Shown here: positions 35,546 to 45,612 of the stretch, piece after piece
Layout of the letters: each line of letters starts with the position of its first letter
Position numbering within the stretch: position 1 is the first letter of the stretch
Source of the DNA: an uncultured Clostridia bacterium
Lineage (GTDB): Bacteria > CAYTYR01 > UBA6262
Length of the DNA stretch: 64,000 bases
Reading direction: 5' to 3'
Assembly: GCA_964441745.1 (NCBI GenBank)
Contig: CAYTYR010000007.1
Coordinates: 1 to 64,000, forward strand
Notes under the pieces: model-generated
What the model was told of the DNA's origin: nothing
Seen by the model: only the letters and a program-made list of their open reading frames with translations
Database searches by the model: none
Translations under genes and position numbers: made by a program

Positions 35546-37685
35546 CAAATTAATAATTGTGGAATCCCCAGCCAAGGCTAAGACCATCAGTAAATTCCTG
35601 GGCGCTGGTTTTGTCGTCAGGTCTTCCATGGGGCATATCCGGGACCTGCCTGAAGGCAAGCTGGGTGTGGATATTGAGAATAAATTCACTCCTACCTATG
35701 TGATCCCGCCGGAAAAAGTGAAGTTTGTCAAAGAATTGACCAGCTATGTCAATAAAGCCGGCATTGTCTATCTGGCGACTGACGAAGACCGCGAGGGTGA
35801 AGCCATTGGCTGGCACATCGCTAATGCGACGAAAGCGCTGCCGGAAAAGCTGCAGCGCATTGTTTTTCACGAGATCACCAAAGGAGCCATCGAGGCTGCT
35901 CTGCATAGTCCGCGGCAGCTGGATATGTCCCTGGTCAATGCCCAGCAAGCCAGGCGGATCCTGGACCGGCTGGTCGGCTATAAGATCAGTCCGCTGTTAG
36001 GCAAGGGATTGTCCGCTGGGCGGGTACAATCCATTGCCTTGCGTTTCATCGTGGAACGGGAACGGGAAATAGAAAATTTCAAGCCGCAGGAATACTGGGT
36101 CATCAAGGCTGAGCTGCAAAAAAAAGGGCAACCCCTGAAATTCCTGGCTTCCTTGATCGGCTTAAAAGATAAAAAAATCGAGAAAATGGATATTGGTAAC
36201 AAGAATGACGCGGAGAAAATAGTTGCCTCCCTGCAACAGGCGCAATACCAGGTTGAAAAAATCACCCGTAAGGAAGTCAAAAGAAATCCCTCGCCGCCAT
36301 TTATTACCAGTACTCTGCAGCAAGAGGCTTTCCGTAAATTAGGATTCAGTGTAGACCGGACCATGAGGATCGCGCAGCAGCTGTATGAAGGTATTGACCT
36401 TAAAGTAAAAGGTTTCAGCGGCTTGATCACCTATATGCGTACGGATTCTTTTAATATCAGTAAAGAGGCGCAGGCGGATTCGTCAGCGTTCATTAAACAG
36501 CAATATGGCGACAAATACCTGCCTGAATCTCCCCGGATCTACAAGACGGTAAAAGGAGCCCAGGAAGCACACGAGGCGATCCGGCCGACATCAGTCAGGA
36601 ATATTCCTGAGGAGATCAAGAATTTCCTGACCCCGGACCAGTACAAAGTATATAACTTGATCTGGCAGCGCTTTGTGGCCAGCCAGATGGCCAGTGCGAT
36701 CATGGATAGCGTTTCAGTGGATATCAGGACTTCCAATGAATACCTGTTCCGGGCCACCGGCCAAACCGTGAAATTTGACGGTTTTATGGTCTTGTATATT
36801 GAAGAGGAAGAAGAGGAAGATACTGAAAAGAAAAAAGCGGTAGAAGAGGCCAAGGCTAAACTGCCGGCTTTAACGGAAAAGGATCTACTTGACCTGGTCA
36901 GGTTGTTATCAGACCAGAAGTTTACCGAACCCCCGCCGCGTTTTAATGAAGCCAGCCTGATCAAGATATTGGAAAAATACGGAATTGGGCGGCCTTCTAC
37001 CTATGCGCCGATTATTAATACCATTAAAACCAGGAAATATGTTAAAATAAAAGAACACAAGTTCTATCCTGAACCTATCGGCTATCATGTTAATGACTTG
37101 TTAAAAGACAATTTTTCAACTGTTATCGATATTGGCTTTACCGCCCGGATGGAAGAAGAACTGGATGAAATTGCTGAAGGAAAACAGGAGTGGACCGCGG
37201 TACTTCAGGAATTCTATGCTTCCTTTAGCCAGACTTTGAAACAAGCGGAAGAAACCATCAGTAAGGGGGCCAAGACCGATCGCCTTTGTCCTCTGGATAA
37301 TGCTCCGCTCGTGATGCGTTTCAGCCGTTACGGTAAGTTTATTGCCTGCTCCAATTTTCCTAAATGCAAGTACAAGGAACATTTGGATGAAGGGGGCCCA
37401 AAAAAAGCGGCTGAAGTAACCAGCCAGAAATGTCCGATTTGCAGCCAGCCTTTGGTCATTCGTTCAGGGCGCAAGGGCCAGTTCCTGGCCTGCAGCGGTT
37501 ATCCGAAATGCCGCTATACGTCAAATCTGGACGGGACCAACCAGAATACCGGGCCGGAAATGACCACAGAAATATGCGAGAAATGCGGTAAGCCGATGGT
37601 GATCCGCACCAGCCAGAGAGGCCAGTTCCTGGCCTGCAGCGGTTTCCCTAAATGCCGGAATACTAAATCTCTTGAGCAAAAATAG
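35529..37685 (+). CDS. topA: DNA topoisomerase I
   Basis: IVESPAKAKT, ATDEDREGE, ITYMRTDS, AHEAIRPT, three C-terminal zinc ribbons. Confidence 0.97.
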   Translation: MSEQSSKLIIVESPAKAKTISKFLGAGFVVRSSMGHIRDLPEGKLGVDIENKFTPTYVIPPEKVKFVKELTSYVNKAGIVYLATDEDREGEAIGWHIANATKALPEKLQRIVFHEITKGAIEAALHSPRQLDMSLVNAQQARRILDRLVGYKISPLLGKGLSAGRVQSIALRFIVEREREIENFKPQEYWVIKAELQKKGQPLKFLASLIGLKDKKIEKMDIGNKNDAEKIVASLQQAQYQVEKITRKEVKRNPSPPFITSTLQQEAFRKLGFSVDRTMRIAQQLYEGIDLKVKGFSGLITYMRTDSFNISKEAQADSSAFIKQQYGDKYLPESPRIYKTVKGAQEAHEAIRPTSVRNIPEEIKNFLTPDQYKVYNLIWQRFVASQMASAIMDSVSVDIRTSNEYLFRATGQTVKFDGFMVLYIEEEEEEDTEKKKAVEEAKAKLPALTEKDLLDLVRLLSDQKFTEPPPRFNEASLIKILEKYGIGRPSTYAPIINTIKTRKYVKIKEHKFYPEPIGYHVNDLLKDNFSTVIDIGFTARMEEELDEIAEGKQEWTAVLQEFYASFSQTLKQAEETISKGAKTDRLCPLDNAPLVMRFSRYGKFIACSNFPKCKYKEHLDEGGPKKAAEVTSQKCPICSQPLVIRSGRKGQFLACSGYPKCRYTSNLDGTNQNTGPEMTTEICEKCGKPMVIRTSQRGQFLACSGFPKCRNTKSLEQK

Positions 37686-37742
37686 CCCTTTTTATTTTCC
37701 AGCTGAAGGGCGACTTAATAGAGCGTCTAAGAAAAGGTATTT

Positions 37743-38621
37743 ATGCAAGAACAGATAGAGGCTTTCGGAAAATACCTGGCTTATGAAAAAAATGAAAGCC
37801 CGCAGACGGTACGCAATTACCGTATCGACCTGCAGCAATTTGCCAGTTTTCTGGCAGGAATACAAATCAAATCTTATAACGAGATAAACCACCTCGTGCT
37901 CAGGCAGTTTCTGGCTGACCTCAACCAAAAGAAATACCAGAAATCAAGTATTGGCCGGAAAGTAGCGGCTTTAAAATCTTTCTTTAAATTTCTGCAGAAG
38001 AAGAAATACCTGGAAAATAATCCGGCTAAGATATTGCACGCGCCAAAACAGGATAAGAAATTGCCTAAATTCCTGGAAGTGGCTGAAATGATGCAATTAC
38101 TGCAGGCCCCCGGCGATAGCGGTTTTAAAGCCTTACGGGACCGGTCGATCCTGGAAACATTATATTCCACAGGAATACGAGTAGCTGAGCTCACTGGTCT
38201 TAACCTGGAAGACATTGATTTTTTAAGCGGCCTGGTCAGGATCCGCGGTAAGGGCGCTAAGGAAAGAGTGGTCCCGATCGGGGAAAAAGCCCTGGCTATT
38301 TTATACCGCTACCTGGATGAAAGAGCCGTGATTAGCCGTGAAGCGAAAGCGGTGTTTATAAATTATCATGGCCGCAGGATCACTGACCGGAGCATCAACC
38401 GGCTGATCGATTTTTACATCAGGAAAACGAGTGTCACCAAAAAGATCAGCGCTCATGTGCTCAGGCATACTTTTGCCACTCATTTATTAAATGCCGGCTG
38501 TGACTTGCGCTCGATCCAGGAAATGCTGGGACATAACAGCCTGGAAACAACACAGAAATATACCCATGTCACTATGGAAAGACTGAAAAAAGTTTACGAA
38601 AAAAGTCATCCGAGAGCTTAA
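37743..38621 (+). CDS. xerC: Tyrosine recombinase XerC
   Basis: TGIRVAEL, HVLRHTFATHLL, LGH, TTQKYT; dprA-topA-xerC synteny. Confidence 0.92.
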   Translation: MQEQIEAFGKYLAYEKNESPQTVRNYRIDLQQFASFLAGIQIKSYNEINHLVLRQFLADLNQKKYQKSSIGRKVAALKSFFKFLQKKKYLENNPAKILHAPKQDKKLPKFLEVAEMMQLLQAPGDSGFKALRDRSILETLYSTGIRVAELTGLNLEDIDFLSGLVRIRGKGAKERVVPIGEKALAILYRYLDERAVISREAKAVFINYHGRRITDRSINRLIDFYIRKTSVTKKISAHVLRHTFATHLLNAGCDLRSIQEMLGHNSLETTQKYTHVTMERLKKVYEKSHPRA

Positions 38622-38624
38622 AAC

Positions 38625-38701
38625 TAGCGTAAAGCGTATAGCGTATAGCGGATAGGAAGTGCAATTGATTTTCTATACGCTACCCGCTAAACGCTATCCG
38701 C
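38625..38701. repeat. Family B heptamer palindrome
   Basis: TAGCGTA AAGCGTA TAGCGTA TAGCGGA TAG ... CTA TACGCTA CCCGCTA AACGCTA TCCGC. Confidence 0.85.
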
Positions 38702-38708
38702 CAAGGTA

Positions 38709-39707
38709 GTGCAAATGCCGGAAAAAATTAAAGAAAAAAAACAATTGATTATGGAAGAGACTGGTTGTGATGCGGACCAGGCAGAGCTGGTCTTGCAGTC
38801 CACTGGCCATGATGTTGAAAAGGCCATTAAGATCATTAATTCCCTGTTAAAACAGATCGTTGTCATCAAAGGCAAGTTTAAGAGCGGTGACGCCAGTTTT
38901 TTTGGTTTATTGGTTCTGATTGCCGATATTAAATTAAATAAGGTCTTGAGACTGGCTAATATTGTCACCTGTAACCCGGGAATTTACCAGCATGGTTTGA
39001 ATAAGCCCTGGCATGAATTTGAACGCAAGCTCTATGCCCTCAAATTGGGAGAGGGCAGCCAGCCGGAAATAACCCAGAAACTGCAGGAACATTTAAAAAA
39101 TTGGACCCGCGGCGAAAAGAAAAATGATATTTTTGAAGCTTTGGTCCAAAATAACAAGGAAAGCCTGGAAAAAATGCTGGCCAGGGAACTAAAAGTAATC
39201 AGCCCGGAGGAAAGCATTAAACTTAATCTCCAGCTGGAGGAAGTGAATCTTTTCCAGTTTAAGGAACTTAAAGAACAAATAGATGAAGATATTGCCAAGC
39301 TGCGTCTGCCGGAGCCGATTGATCAGCCGGAAGAGCTGGCCTCTTTAGTCTTAAAAGTGGAAACGATCAAGAATATCGGCCGGGAAGGAAAAGCGGTTCG
39401 TGACCTGCAGCCTGGGGAAATGATCTGGACCAAGATCACCGATCCCCGGGATATTGCCCAATATTTGTCCAAGCTGCTGGGGGGGCGCATCAAGCGGGAT
39501 GGATCTGAAGAGATAATCCCCTTGACTGTACCGGTGGAAGCGATAATTCAGGATCAGGAAAAAGTGCGGCTCAAAGTCAGGTTTGGCCCGGCGGTAATAG
39601 GGGAAGAAGAGCTGGCAGAGCATGAACGGATCGCGGTGATATTTAACGAGAGCCAAATTGGCCGGATCTGGAAGAATTTGACTAAATTATTTTCCTTGCA
39701 AAAATGA
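38709..39707 (+). CDS. Hypothetical protein with N-terminal UBA-like three-helix motif
   Basis: IMEETGCDADQAELVLQSTGHDVEKAI resembles UBA/EF-Ts N-terminal fold. Confidence 0.65.
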   Translation: MQMPEKIKEKKQLIMEETGCDADQAELVLQSTGHDVEKAIKIINSLLKQIVVIKGKFKSGDASFFGLLVLIADIKLNKVLRLANIVTCNPGIYQHGLNKPWHEFERKLYALKLGEGSQPEITQKLQEHLKNWTRGEKKNDIFEALVQNNKESLEKMLARELKVISPEESIKLNLQLEEVNLFQFKELKEQIDEDIAKLRLPEPIDQPEELASLVLKVETIKNIGREGKAVRDLQPGEMIWTKITDPRDIAQYLSKLLGGRIKRDGSEEIIPLTVPVEAIIQDQEKVRLKVRFGPAVIGEEELAEHERIAVIFNESQIGRIWKNLTKLFSLQK

Positions 39708-39767
39708 CCACAATATGATATATTTATAAAGTTATTTCAGGTATGGTTTTTATCTGAGATTTAGGAA

Positions 39768-39810
39768 GTCCCCGCGGCATTGATCTCGTTTAATGAGATC
39801 AGCAGGGGAA
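39768..39810 (+). promoter_or_regulatory. Structured rpsB leader (possible S2 autoregulatory site)
   Basis: CCCC..TGATCTCG-TTTAA-TGAGATCA..GGGG hairpin upstream of rpsB. Confidence 0.4.
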
Positions 39811-39850
39811 AATTTAGAATTTAAAATTTCAAAAGAGGGGGGGTGAAAAA

Positions 39851-40639
39851 ATGTCAGTGATATCTATGAAACAGCTGTTAGAAGCAGGCGTCCATTTTGG
39901 ACATCAGACAAAGAGATGGAACCCGAAGATGGCCAAATATATCTTCGGCCAGAGGAATGGAATCCATATTATCGACCTCCAGAAGACAGTCAAGAAAATC
40001 AAGGAGGCATATAAGTATATAGTCGAACGAGTTGCTCAGGGAGATTATGTTCTTTTTGTCGGTACCAAGAAGCAGGCGCAAGAATCGATAAGCGCAGAGG
40101 CGAAGCGTTGCGGGATGTATTATATTAACCAGCGCTGGGTTGGAGGGTTGCTCACTAATTACCAAACCATCCATAAAAGCATCGAACGTTTAGCTGAGAT
40201 TGAAGAGATGAAAAACAGCGGACGTCTTGAGATGCTTACAAAGAAAGAACAATCATTAATAGAAAAAGAACGTGCAAAAATGGAGAAGCTTTTAGGCGGC
40301 ATCAAGGGTATGAAGAAACTGCCGGGACTGGTATTTATAGTTGATACCAATGTCGAGCAGAATGCGGTGAAAGAGTGCCGCAAGATGGAAATACCTATAG
40401 TCGGCGTGATTGACAGTGATTGCGACCCGGACCAGGTAGACCATATTATTCCGGCCAATGATGACGCGATTAGAGCGATCAAATTGTTATCTTCAATCGT
40501 CGCAGATGCAGTAATGGAAGGGCAGCAACTAAGGAAAGATGAAGCTAATAAGGCCCAGGAAGCCCAGGAAGCGCAAAAAGCGGCAGAAGATGACAAAGGA
40601 ACTAGTACCGGCTGGACCAATGTAGCCGAACAGGCATAA
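39851..40639 (+). CDS. rpsB: 30S ribosomal protein S2
   Basis: [29 protein letters not shown]. Confidence 0.98.
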   Translation: MSVISMKQLLEAGVHFGHQTKRWNPKMAKYIFGQRNGIHIIDLQKTVKKIKEAYKYIVERVAQGDYVLFVGTKKQAQESISAEAKRCGMYYINQRWVGGLLTNYQTIHKSIERLAEIEEMKNSGRLEMLTKKEQSLIEKERAKMEKLLGGIKGMKKLPGLVFIVDTNVEQNAVKECRKMEIPIVGVIDSDCDPDQVDHIIPANDDAIRAIKLLSSIVADAVMEGQQLRKDEANKAQEAQEAQKAAEDDKGTSTGWTNVAEQA

Positions 40640-40656
40640 ACTAGAGGAGTAAGAAA

Positions 40657-41247
40657 ATGGCAATTAGTATGGAGATGGTGCAAAAATTACGCCAGACTAC
40701 CGGGGCCGGTGTCTTAGAGTGCAAAAAAGCCCTGGAAGAATCTAAAGGCGTGATCGATGAAGCGATTAAGATCCTGCGCACTAAGGGCATAGCCCAGGCA
40801 GAAAAAAAATCAGTTCGCGCCACTTCCCAGGGATTGGTAGCTTCCTATGTTCATTTAGGAGGCCAGTTAGGCGCTTTGGTAGAAATAAATTGTGAAACTG
40901 ATTTTGTAGCCCGCACCGAGGATTTTCAGGCCCTGGCCCATGATGTGGCCATGCAGGTGGCGGCAGTAAATCCCTTGTATGTAAAAAGGCAGGATGTCCC
41001 GGCGGAGATCCTGGATAAGGAAAGGGAGATTGCCAAAGCGCAGGTGACCGGCAAACCAGCCAATGTAGTGGAAAAAATAATGGAAGGCAAACTGGAAAAA
41101 TATTATGAGCAGTTTTGCCTGCTGGACCAGCCTTTTATCAAGGATGACAAGATCAAGGTGTCTGATCATTTAAAGAATACCATTGCTAAACTGGGAGAGA
41201 ATATTACCGTGCGGCGTTTCGCCAGGATAAAATTAGGCGAAGCTTAA
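40657..41247 (+). CDS. tsf: Elongation factor Ts (short 196-aa type)
   Basis: LRQTTGAG, EINCETDFVA. Confidence 0.97.
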   Translation: MAISMEMVQKLRQTTGAGVLECKKALEESKGVIDEAIKILRTKGIAQAEKKSVRATSQGLVASYVHLGGQLGALVEINCETDFVARTEDFQALAHDVAMQVAAVNPLYVKRQDVPAEILDKEREIAKAQVTGKPANVVEKIMEGKLEKYYEQFCLLDQPFIKDDKIKVSDHLKNTIAKLGENITVRRFARIKLGEA

Positions 41248-41272
41248 CGCTCACAAAACGAGCTTTCTTAAG

Positions 41273-41285
41273 AATCGGTGTAATC
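41273..41285. repeat. Family C right unit
   Basis: AATCGGTGTAATC is the exact reverse complement of GATTACACCGATT. Confidence 0.55.
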
Positions 41286-41304
41286 GTACTTAAAAGGAGT
41301 CACC

Positions 41305-42021
41305 ATGAAAGGTCCGTTTTATAAGCGGGTGTTGCTGAAACTAAGCGGAGAAGTCCTGAGCGGTGAAAAGAAATTTGGCATTGATTCAGGCATGGTTGAC
41401 TTCGTTACGAGTCAAATCAAAGATCTCAGTAATCTGGGAGTGCAAATCGCCGTGGTCATCGGGGGAGGCAATATTTTCCGCGGGATCACGGCTGATAAGC
41501 ATGGTATTGACCGGGTCGCGGCTGATTATATGGGCATGATGGCTACGGTTATTAATGCCTTGGCTTTGCAGGATTATTTGGAACGCAAACATGGGGTGCA
41601 TACCCGGGTGCAAACAGCGATCGAAATGCAGAAGATAGCTGAACCTTATATCCGCCGCAAGGCTATCCGTCATCTACAGAAGAACCGGGTAGTTATTTTT
41701 GCCGGCGGGACAGGCAATCCGTACTTCACTACTGATACCACCGCCGCGTTACGGGCAGTGGAAATAGGCGCAGAGGTAGTGTTAAAAGCGACTAAGGTTG
41801 ATGGTGTTTACGATTGTGACCCGATGAAGAACAGCCAGGCTAAGAAGTTCAGTGAAATTTCCTATATGGACGCGCTAAAAAAAGGTCTGAAAGTAATGGA
41901 TACCACTGCTCTCAGCTTATGTATGGATAACAAAATGCCGATCATTGTTTTTGATATTTACCGGAAAAGTAATATCAGGCAGGCTATTTTAGGAAAACAT
42001 GTGGGAACGATCATACGATAG
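41305..42021 (+). CDS. pyrH: UMP kinase
   Basis: [24 protein letters not shown]. Confidence 0.98.
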   Translation: MKGPFYKRVLLKLSGEVLSGEKKFGIDSGMVDFVTSQIKDLSNLGVQIAVVIGGGNIFRGITADKHGIDRVAADYMGMMATVINALALQDYLERKHGVHTRVQTAIEMQKIAEPYIRRKAIRHLQKNRVVIFAGGTGNPYFTTDTTAALRAVEIGAEVVLKATKVDGVYDCDPMKNSQAKKFSEISYMDALKKGLKVMDTTALSLCMDNKMPIIVFDIYRKSNIRQAILGKHVGTIIR

Positions 42022-42058
42022 TAGTGTCATGTCCCTAACCGAAAGGAGTGCTTTCAGG

Positions 42059-42619
42059 ATGAACATAAATACGGTAAACGCAGAACTGCTTGAGAAGATG
42101 AATAAAACCCTGGAAAAACTCAAAGAGGAGTTTTCATCTATCCGGACTGGCCGGGCGCATCCGTCGTTGTTAGCTGACCTGAAAGTGGAATATTATGGCA
42201 ACCTGGCGCCAATACAACAGGTAGCCAGTATTTCTGTGCCGGAAGCCAAGGTATTGGAGATCAAACCGTGGGATAAGGGCGCTATGGCGGAGATCAAAAA
42301 AGCAATTCTTAAGTCAACTTTAGGTATTACCCCGCTTGATGATGGCCAAATTATCCGCCTCGTCATGCCGACTCCGACCGAAGAAGGACGCAAGGAATTG
42401 GTCAAGCGGGCGCATAAGTTTGCCGAAGAAAAAAAGGTGGAAGTCCGCAATATCCGCCATCAATATAATAAAATTATTGAAAAAATGGAAAAGGATAAGG
42501 AAATAACCGAAGACCAGAAGTTCAAAGGCTTGGATCATGTACAAAAAACTACCGATGAAATGATCAAGAAGGTTGACGAAGTTGTTTTGCATAAACAAAA
42601 AGAAATAATGGAAGTCTAA
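42059..42619 (+). CDS. frr: Ribosome recycling factor
   Basis: IRTGRAHP, VEYYG, RNIR; ATG 42059 after GGAG. Confidence 0.96.
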   Translation: MNINTVNAELLEKMNKTLEKLKEEFSSIRTGRAHPSLLADLKVEYYGNLAPIQQVASISVPEAKVLEIKPWDKGAMAEIKKAILKSTLGITPLDDGQIIRLVMPTPTEEGRKELVKRAHKFAEEKKVEVRNIRHQYNKIIEKMEKDKEITEDQKFKGLDHVQKTTDEMIKKVDEVVLHKQKEIMEV

Positions 42620-42625
42620 AATGCA

Positions 42626-42696
42626 GCTATTGGCATATGGCGTATGGCATAGAGCAAAACAAAGGAAGTATTTGCCATAAGCTATAAGCCATAAGC
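42626..42696. repeat. Family B heptamer palindrome
   Basis: GCTATTG GCATATG GCGTATG GCATAGA GC ... GCCATAA GCTATAA GCCATAA GC. Confidence 0.8.
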
Positions 42697-42714
42697 GAAT
42701 CCGGAGGATTTTAA

Positions 42715-42885
42715 ATGGCTTATAAAATTAGCGATGCTTGTATAGCTTGTGGAGCGTGTGTAGATACCTGTTCGGTCTCAGCTATTTCTGAAGACGGAGA
42801 GAAATATAAAATAGCTGCTGATAAATGCACTGATTGCGGATCTTGCGCGGGAAATTGTCCGGTCGAAGCTATCAGTCAGGTTTAA
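42715..42885 (+). CDS. fdx: 2[4Fe-4S] ferredoxin, 56 aa (absent from ORF track)
   Basis: GGAGG RBS; MAYKISDACIACGACVDTCSV...KCTDCGSCAGNCPVEAISQV. Confidence 0.95.
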   Translation: MAYKISDACIACGACVDTCSVSAISEDGEKYKIAADKCTDCGSCAGNCPVEAISQV

Positions 42886-42886
42886 A

Positions 42887-43630
42887 ATGTCCAAAGTAAG
42901 CATAACCGAATTAGAAAAAGAGCTAGATCCGTTAAGAATGCCCGGTCACATAGCTATTATCATGGATGGTAACGGGCGCTGGGCTAAAAATAAACATTTA
43001 CCCAGAATATCCGGCCATGCCATGGGCGCGAAAAGAGTTTCAGAGATAGTTACTGCCGCTTCTGACCTGGGGATTAAAGCTTTAAGCTTATATGCTTTTT
43101 CTACAGAAAATTGGTCCCGTCCGCAACAAGAAGTTTCGTTTCTCATGTCCTTGCTGGTTAAGTATTTAAAAAAAGAATTAAAAAACCTGATCCGTAAGAA
43201 TGTTAAGATGGTAGTCTCCGGGCAGATCGAAGGCCTGCCGGAAGCAGCAAAGGCCGTTATCAATCAGAACATTGAAACTTCCAAGAACCATCGGGGCATG
43301 GTATTCAACTTGTGCCTTAATTATGGCGGCCGGCAGGAAATAACTGATGCTTGCCGAGCGCTGATAAAACAAGTCAATACTGGTAAGTTGAGTATAGATG
43401 AAATTAACGAACAGGCAGTAAGCCGGTATCTCTATCATCCCGCGCTTGGGGATGTCGATCTCATGATCAGGACCAGCGGAGAAGAAAGGATCAGTAATTT
43501 CTTGCTCTGGCAGTTAGCTTATAGCGAGCTATATTTTACTCCGCTAATGTGGCCTGATTTCACCAAAATAGATCTCTTAAAAGCAATAATAGCTTATCAG
43601 AAAAGGGAGAGGCGTTTTGGAGGAATTTAA
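42887..43630 (+). CDS. uppS: Undecaprenyl diphosphate synthase
   Basis: HIAIIMDGNGRWA, AFSTENW, IRTSGEERISNFLLWQ. Confidence 0.97.
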   Translation: MSKVSITELEKELDPLRMPGHIAIIMDGNGRWAKNKHLPRISGHAMGAKRVSEIVTAASDLGIKALSLYAFSTENWSRPQQEVSFLMSLLVKYLKKELKNLIRKNVKMVVSGQIEGLPEAAKAVINQNIETSKNHRGMVFNLCLNYGGRQEITDACRALIKQVNTGKLSIDEINEQAVSRYLYHPALGDVDLMIRTSGEERISNFLLWQLAYSELYFTPLMWPDFTKIDLLKAIIAYQKRERRFGGI

Positions 43631-44438
43631 TAAAAGGTTACTTTCCAGTATCATCGGTATTCCGCTAATTATCACCGCTATTTATCTGGGCGGGCCGGTA
43701 TACTTGCTATTAATTGAAATAATCATCATCACTGGCCTGGCTGAATTCTTTAACCTGGCTAATGTTTCTTCCCGCAGCCTGAGACTAACCAGTTTTATGG
43801 CTGTGCTCTTGTTGAGTTTGCTGATCTATTTGAACAACGGGCAGAACCAGTCATATCACCATAATCCTGCAGATTTACTAACCACAATTTTCCTAACCGT
43901 TATTATCTTGATCACTGTTTTTTCCGGTTCCGCTGTTGTCTCTTGGCAGCAAACCGCTTTAGCCTTTACTGGAGTTTATTACCTGGGCTGGACTTTAAGT
44001 TATTTGTTATTAATCAGGGAGGAATTCCCTTTAGGCCGCGAATATACTTATTTATTATTCCTGACAATTTGGGCGGTTGATATAACTGCTTATCTGATGG
44101 GCAAGCGGTTTGGTAAAAACAAACTGGCTCCCGCGATCAGTCCCAATAAATCGTGGGAAGGGGCAGGGAGCGGTATTTTGGCCGGTCTCATCGCTGGCAG
44201 TATAATGAAAATAGTTCTATTACCGCAAAAACCATGGCTGCCAACTCTGGCTCTGGTCCTGGCTATTACGATCATCGCGCAGTTGAGCGACCTGGCCGAG
44301 TCGTCTTTGAAAAGAAATTTTGCCACCAAGGACAGCGGCAGGCTAATTCCTGGCCATGGCGGGATACTTGACCGGTTTGATAGTTTTATTCTCACTGGAC
44401 CAATCGTGTATTATTTTATAAAATCATTCTTATCGTAA
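43617..44438 (+). CDS. cdsA: Phosphatidate cytidylyltransferase
   Basis: ISPNKSWEG, KDSGRLIPGHGGILDRFDS. Confidence 0.95.
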   Translation: MEEFNKRLLSSIIGIPLIITAIYLGGPVYLLLIEIIIITGLAEFFNLANVSSRSLRLTSFMAVLLLSLLIYLNNGQNQSYHHNPADLLTTIFLTVIILITVFSGSAVVSWQQTALAFTGVYYLGWTLSYLLLIREEFPLGREYTYLLFLTIWAVDITAYLMGKRFGKNKLAPAISPNKSWEGAGSGILAGLIAGSIMKIVLLPQKPWLPTLALVLAITIIAQLSDLAESSLKRNFATKDSGRLIPGHGGILDRFDSFILTGPIVYYFIKSFLS

Positions 44439-44448
44439 GGATACTGTA

Positions 44449-45609
44449 TTGCCGATGAAGAAATTAGTAATTTTAGGGTCAACCGGATCAATAGGCGTTA
44501 GCGCATTAGAAGTGGCAGCAGCCAGCCCGGCCCGGTTCCGGGTAGTAGGGTTGACCGGTAATAATAACCTTGATCTACTGGAAAAGCAGATACAGCGCTT
44601 TCATCCGGAAGTTGTGGTGGTCAGTACCTTAGAGGCAGCGGCGCGGCTAAAAAAGAAATATCGGCAAACGGTGCGGATTATGCACGGGCCAGCCGGATTA
44701 TTATCTGCTGCGACCTGGCCTGGTGTAGACCTGGTTGTTTCATCGTTAGTCGGAGCATTGGGCTTAGAACCGACCTTGGCCGCTATAGACAAAGGCCGTG
44801 ATATCGCCTTGGCTAATAAGGAAGTACTGGTCATGGCTGGTTCAATCGTTATGAACGAAGCCGCTCGCCATAAAGTTAAAATATTGCCGGTTGACAGCGA
44901 ACATTCAGCTCTCTGGCAGTGTTTAAAAAATGAACCGGCAAAAAATGTTTCACGCCTGATCCTGACTGCTTCCGGCGGTCCGTTTTGGCAGTTGAGCCAG
45001 CAGGAATTGTTTTTTGTTGATGTTACCAGGACTCTGGCGCATCCAACCTGGAATATGGGCCGGAAAGTGACTGTTGATTCAGCTACTTTGATGAATAAAG
45101 GATTTGAAGTCATAGAAGCCCATCATCTTTTTGGCCTAGAACTTTCAAAAATACACATAGTTATACATCCGGAAAGTATTGTCCATTCCATGGTTGAGTT
45201 TACTGATGGTTCGGTCATCGCCCAGATGGCTATCCCGGATATGAAATTACCTATCCAGTATGCCCTGTGTTATCCGGACCGGCCGGCCAATGACCTGCCC
45301 AAGCTGGATTTAACCAAGATCGGCAAGCTGACTTTTACTAAACCTGAATTTACCAGGTTCCCATGTCTTAAATATGCTTTTCAGGCCGCTAAAATCGGTG
45401 GTACCATGCCGGCGGTGATGAGTGCGGCCGATGAAGTAGCGGTACAAAGTTTCCTGGACAATAAGATCGGCTTTATCCAGATCAGCAAGGTTATTGACAA
45501 CGTTATGAGAAAGCACGAAACAGTACCCCGGCCTGCTTTAAGCAAAATAATCAGTACCGCCGACTGGGCCCGGGCGGAAGCCAAAAAATATATTAAAAGG
45601 TTGGGATAA
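44449..45609 (+). CDS. dxr: 1-deoxy-D-xylulose 5-phosphate reductoisomerase
   Basis: LGSTGSIG, LANKE, PVDSEH, TASGGPF. Confidence 0.97.
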   Translation: MPMKKLVILGSTGSIGVSALEVAAASPARFRVVGLTGNNNLDLLEKQIQRFHPEVVVVSTLEAAARLKKKYRQTVRIMHGPAGLLSAATWPGVDLVVSSLVGALGLEPTLAAIDKGRDIALANKEVLVMAGSIVMNEAARHKVKILPVDSEHSALWQCLKNEPAKNVSRLILTASGGPFWQLSQQELFFVDVTRTLAHPTWNMGRKVTVDSATLMNKGFEVIEAHHLFGLELSKIHIVIHPESIVHSMVEFTDGSVIAQMAIPDMKLPIQYALCYPDRPANDLPKLDLTKIGKLTFTKPEFTRFPCLKYAFQAAKIGGTMPAVMSAADEVAVQSFLDNKIGFIQISKVIDNVMRKHETVPRPALSKIISTADWARAEAKKYIKRLG

Positions 45610-45612
45610 GAA

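Noticed and set aside
37743-38621. xerC as the island integrase
   Set aside because: Housekeeping XerC in conserved dprA-topA-xerC order, outside the island; the junction does not resemble a dif site
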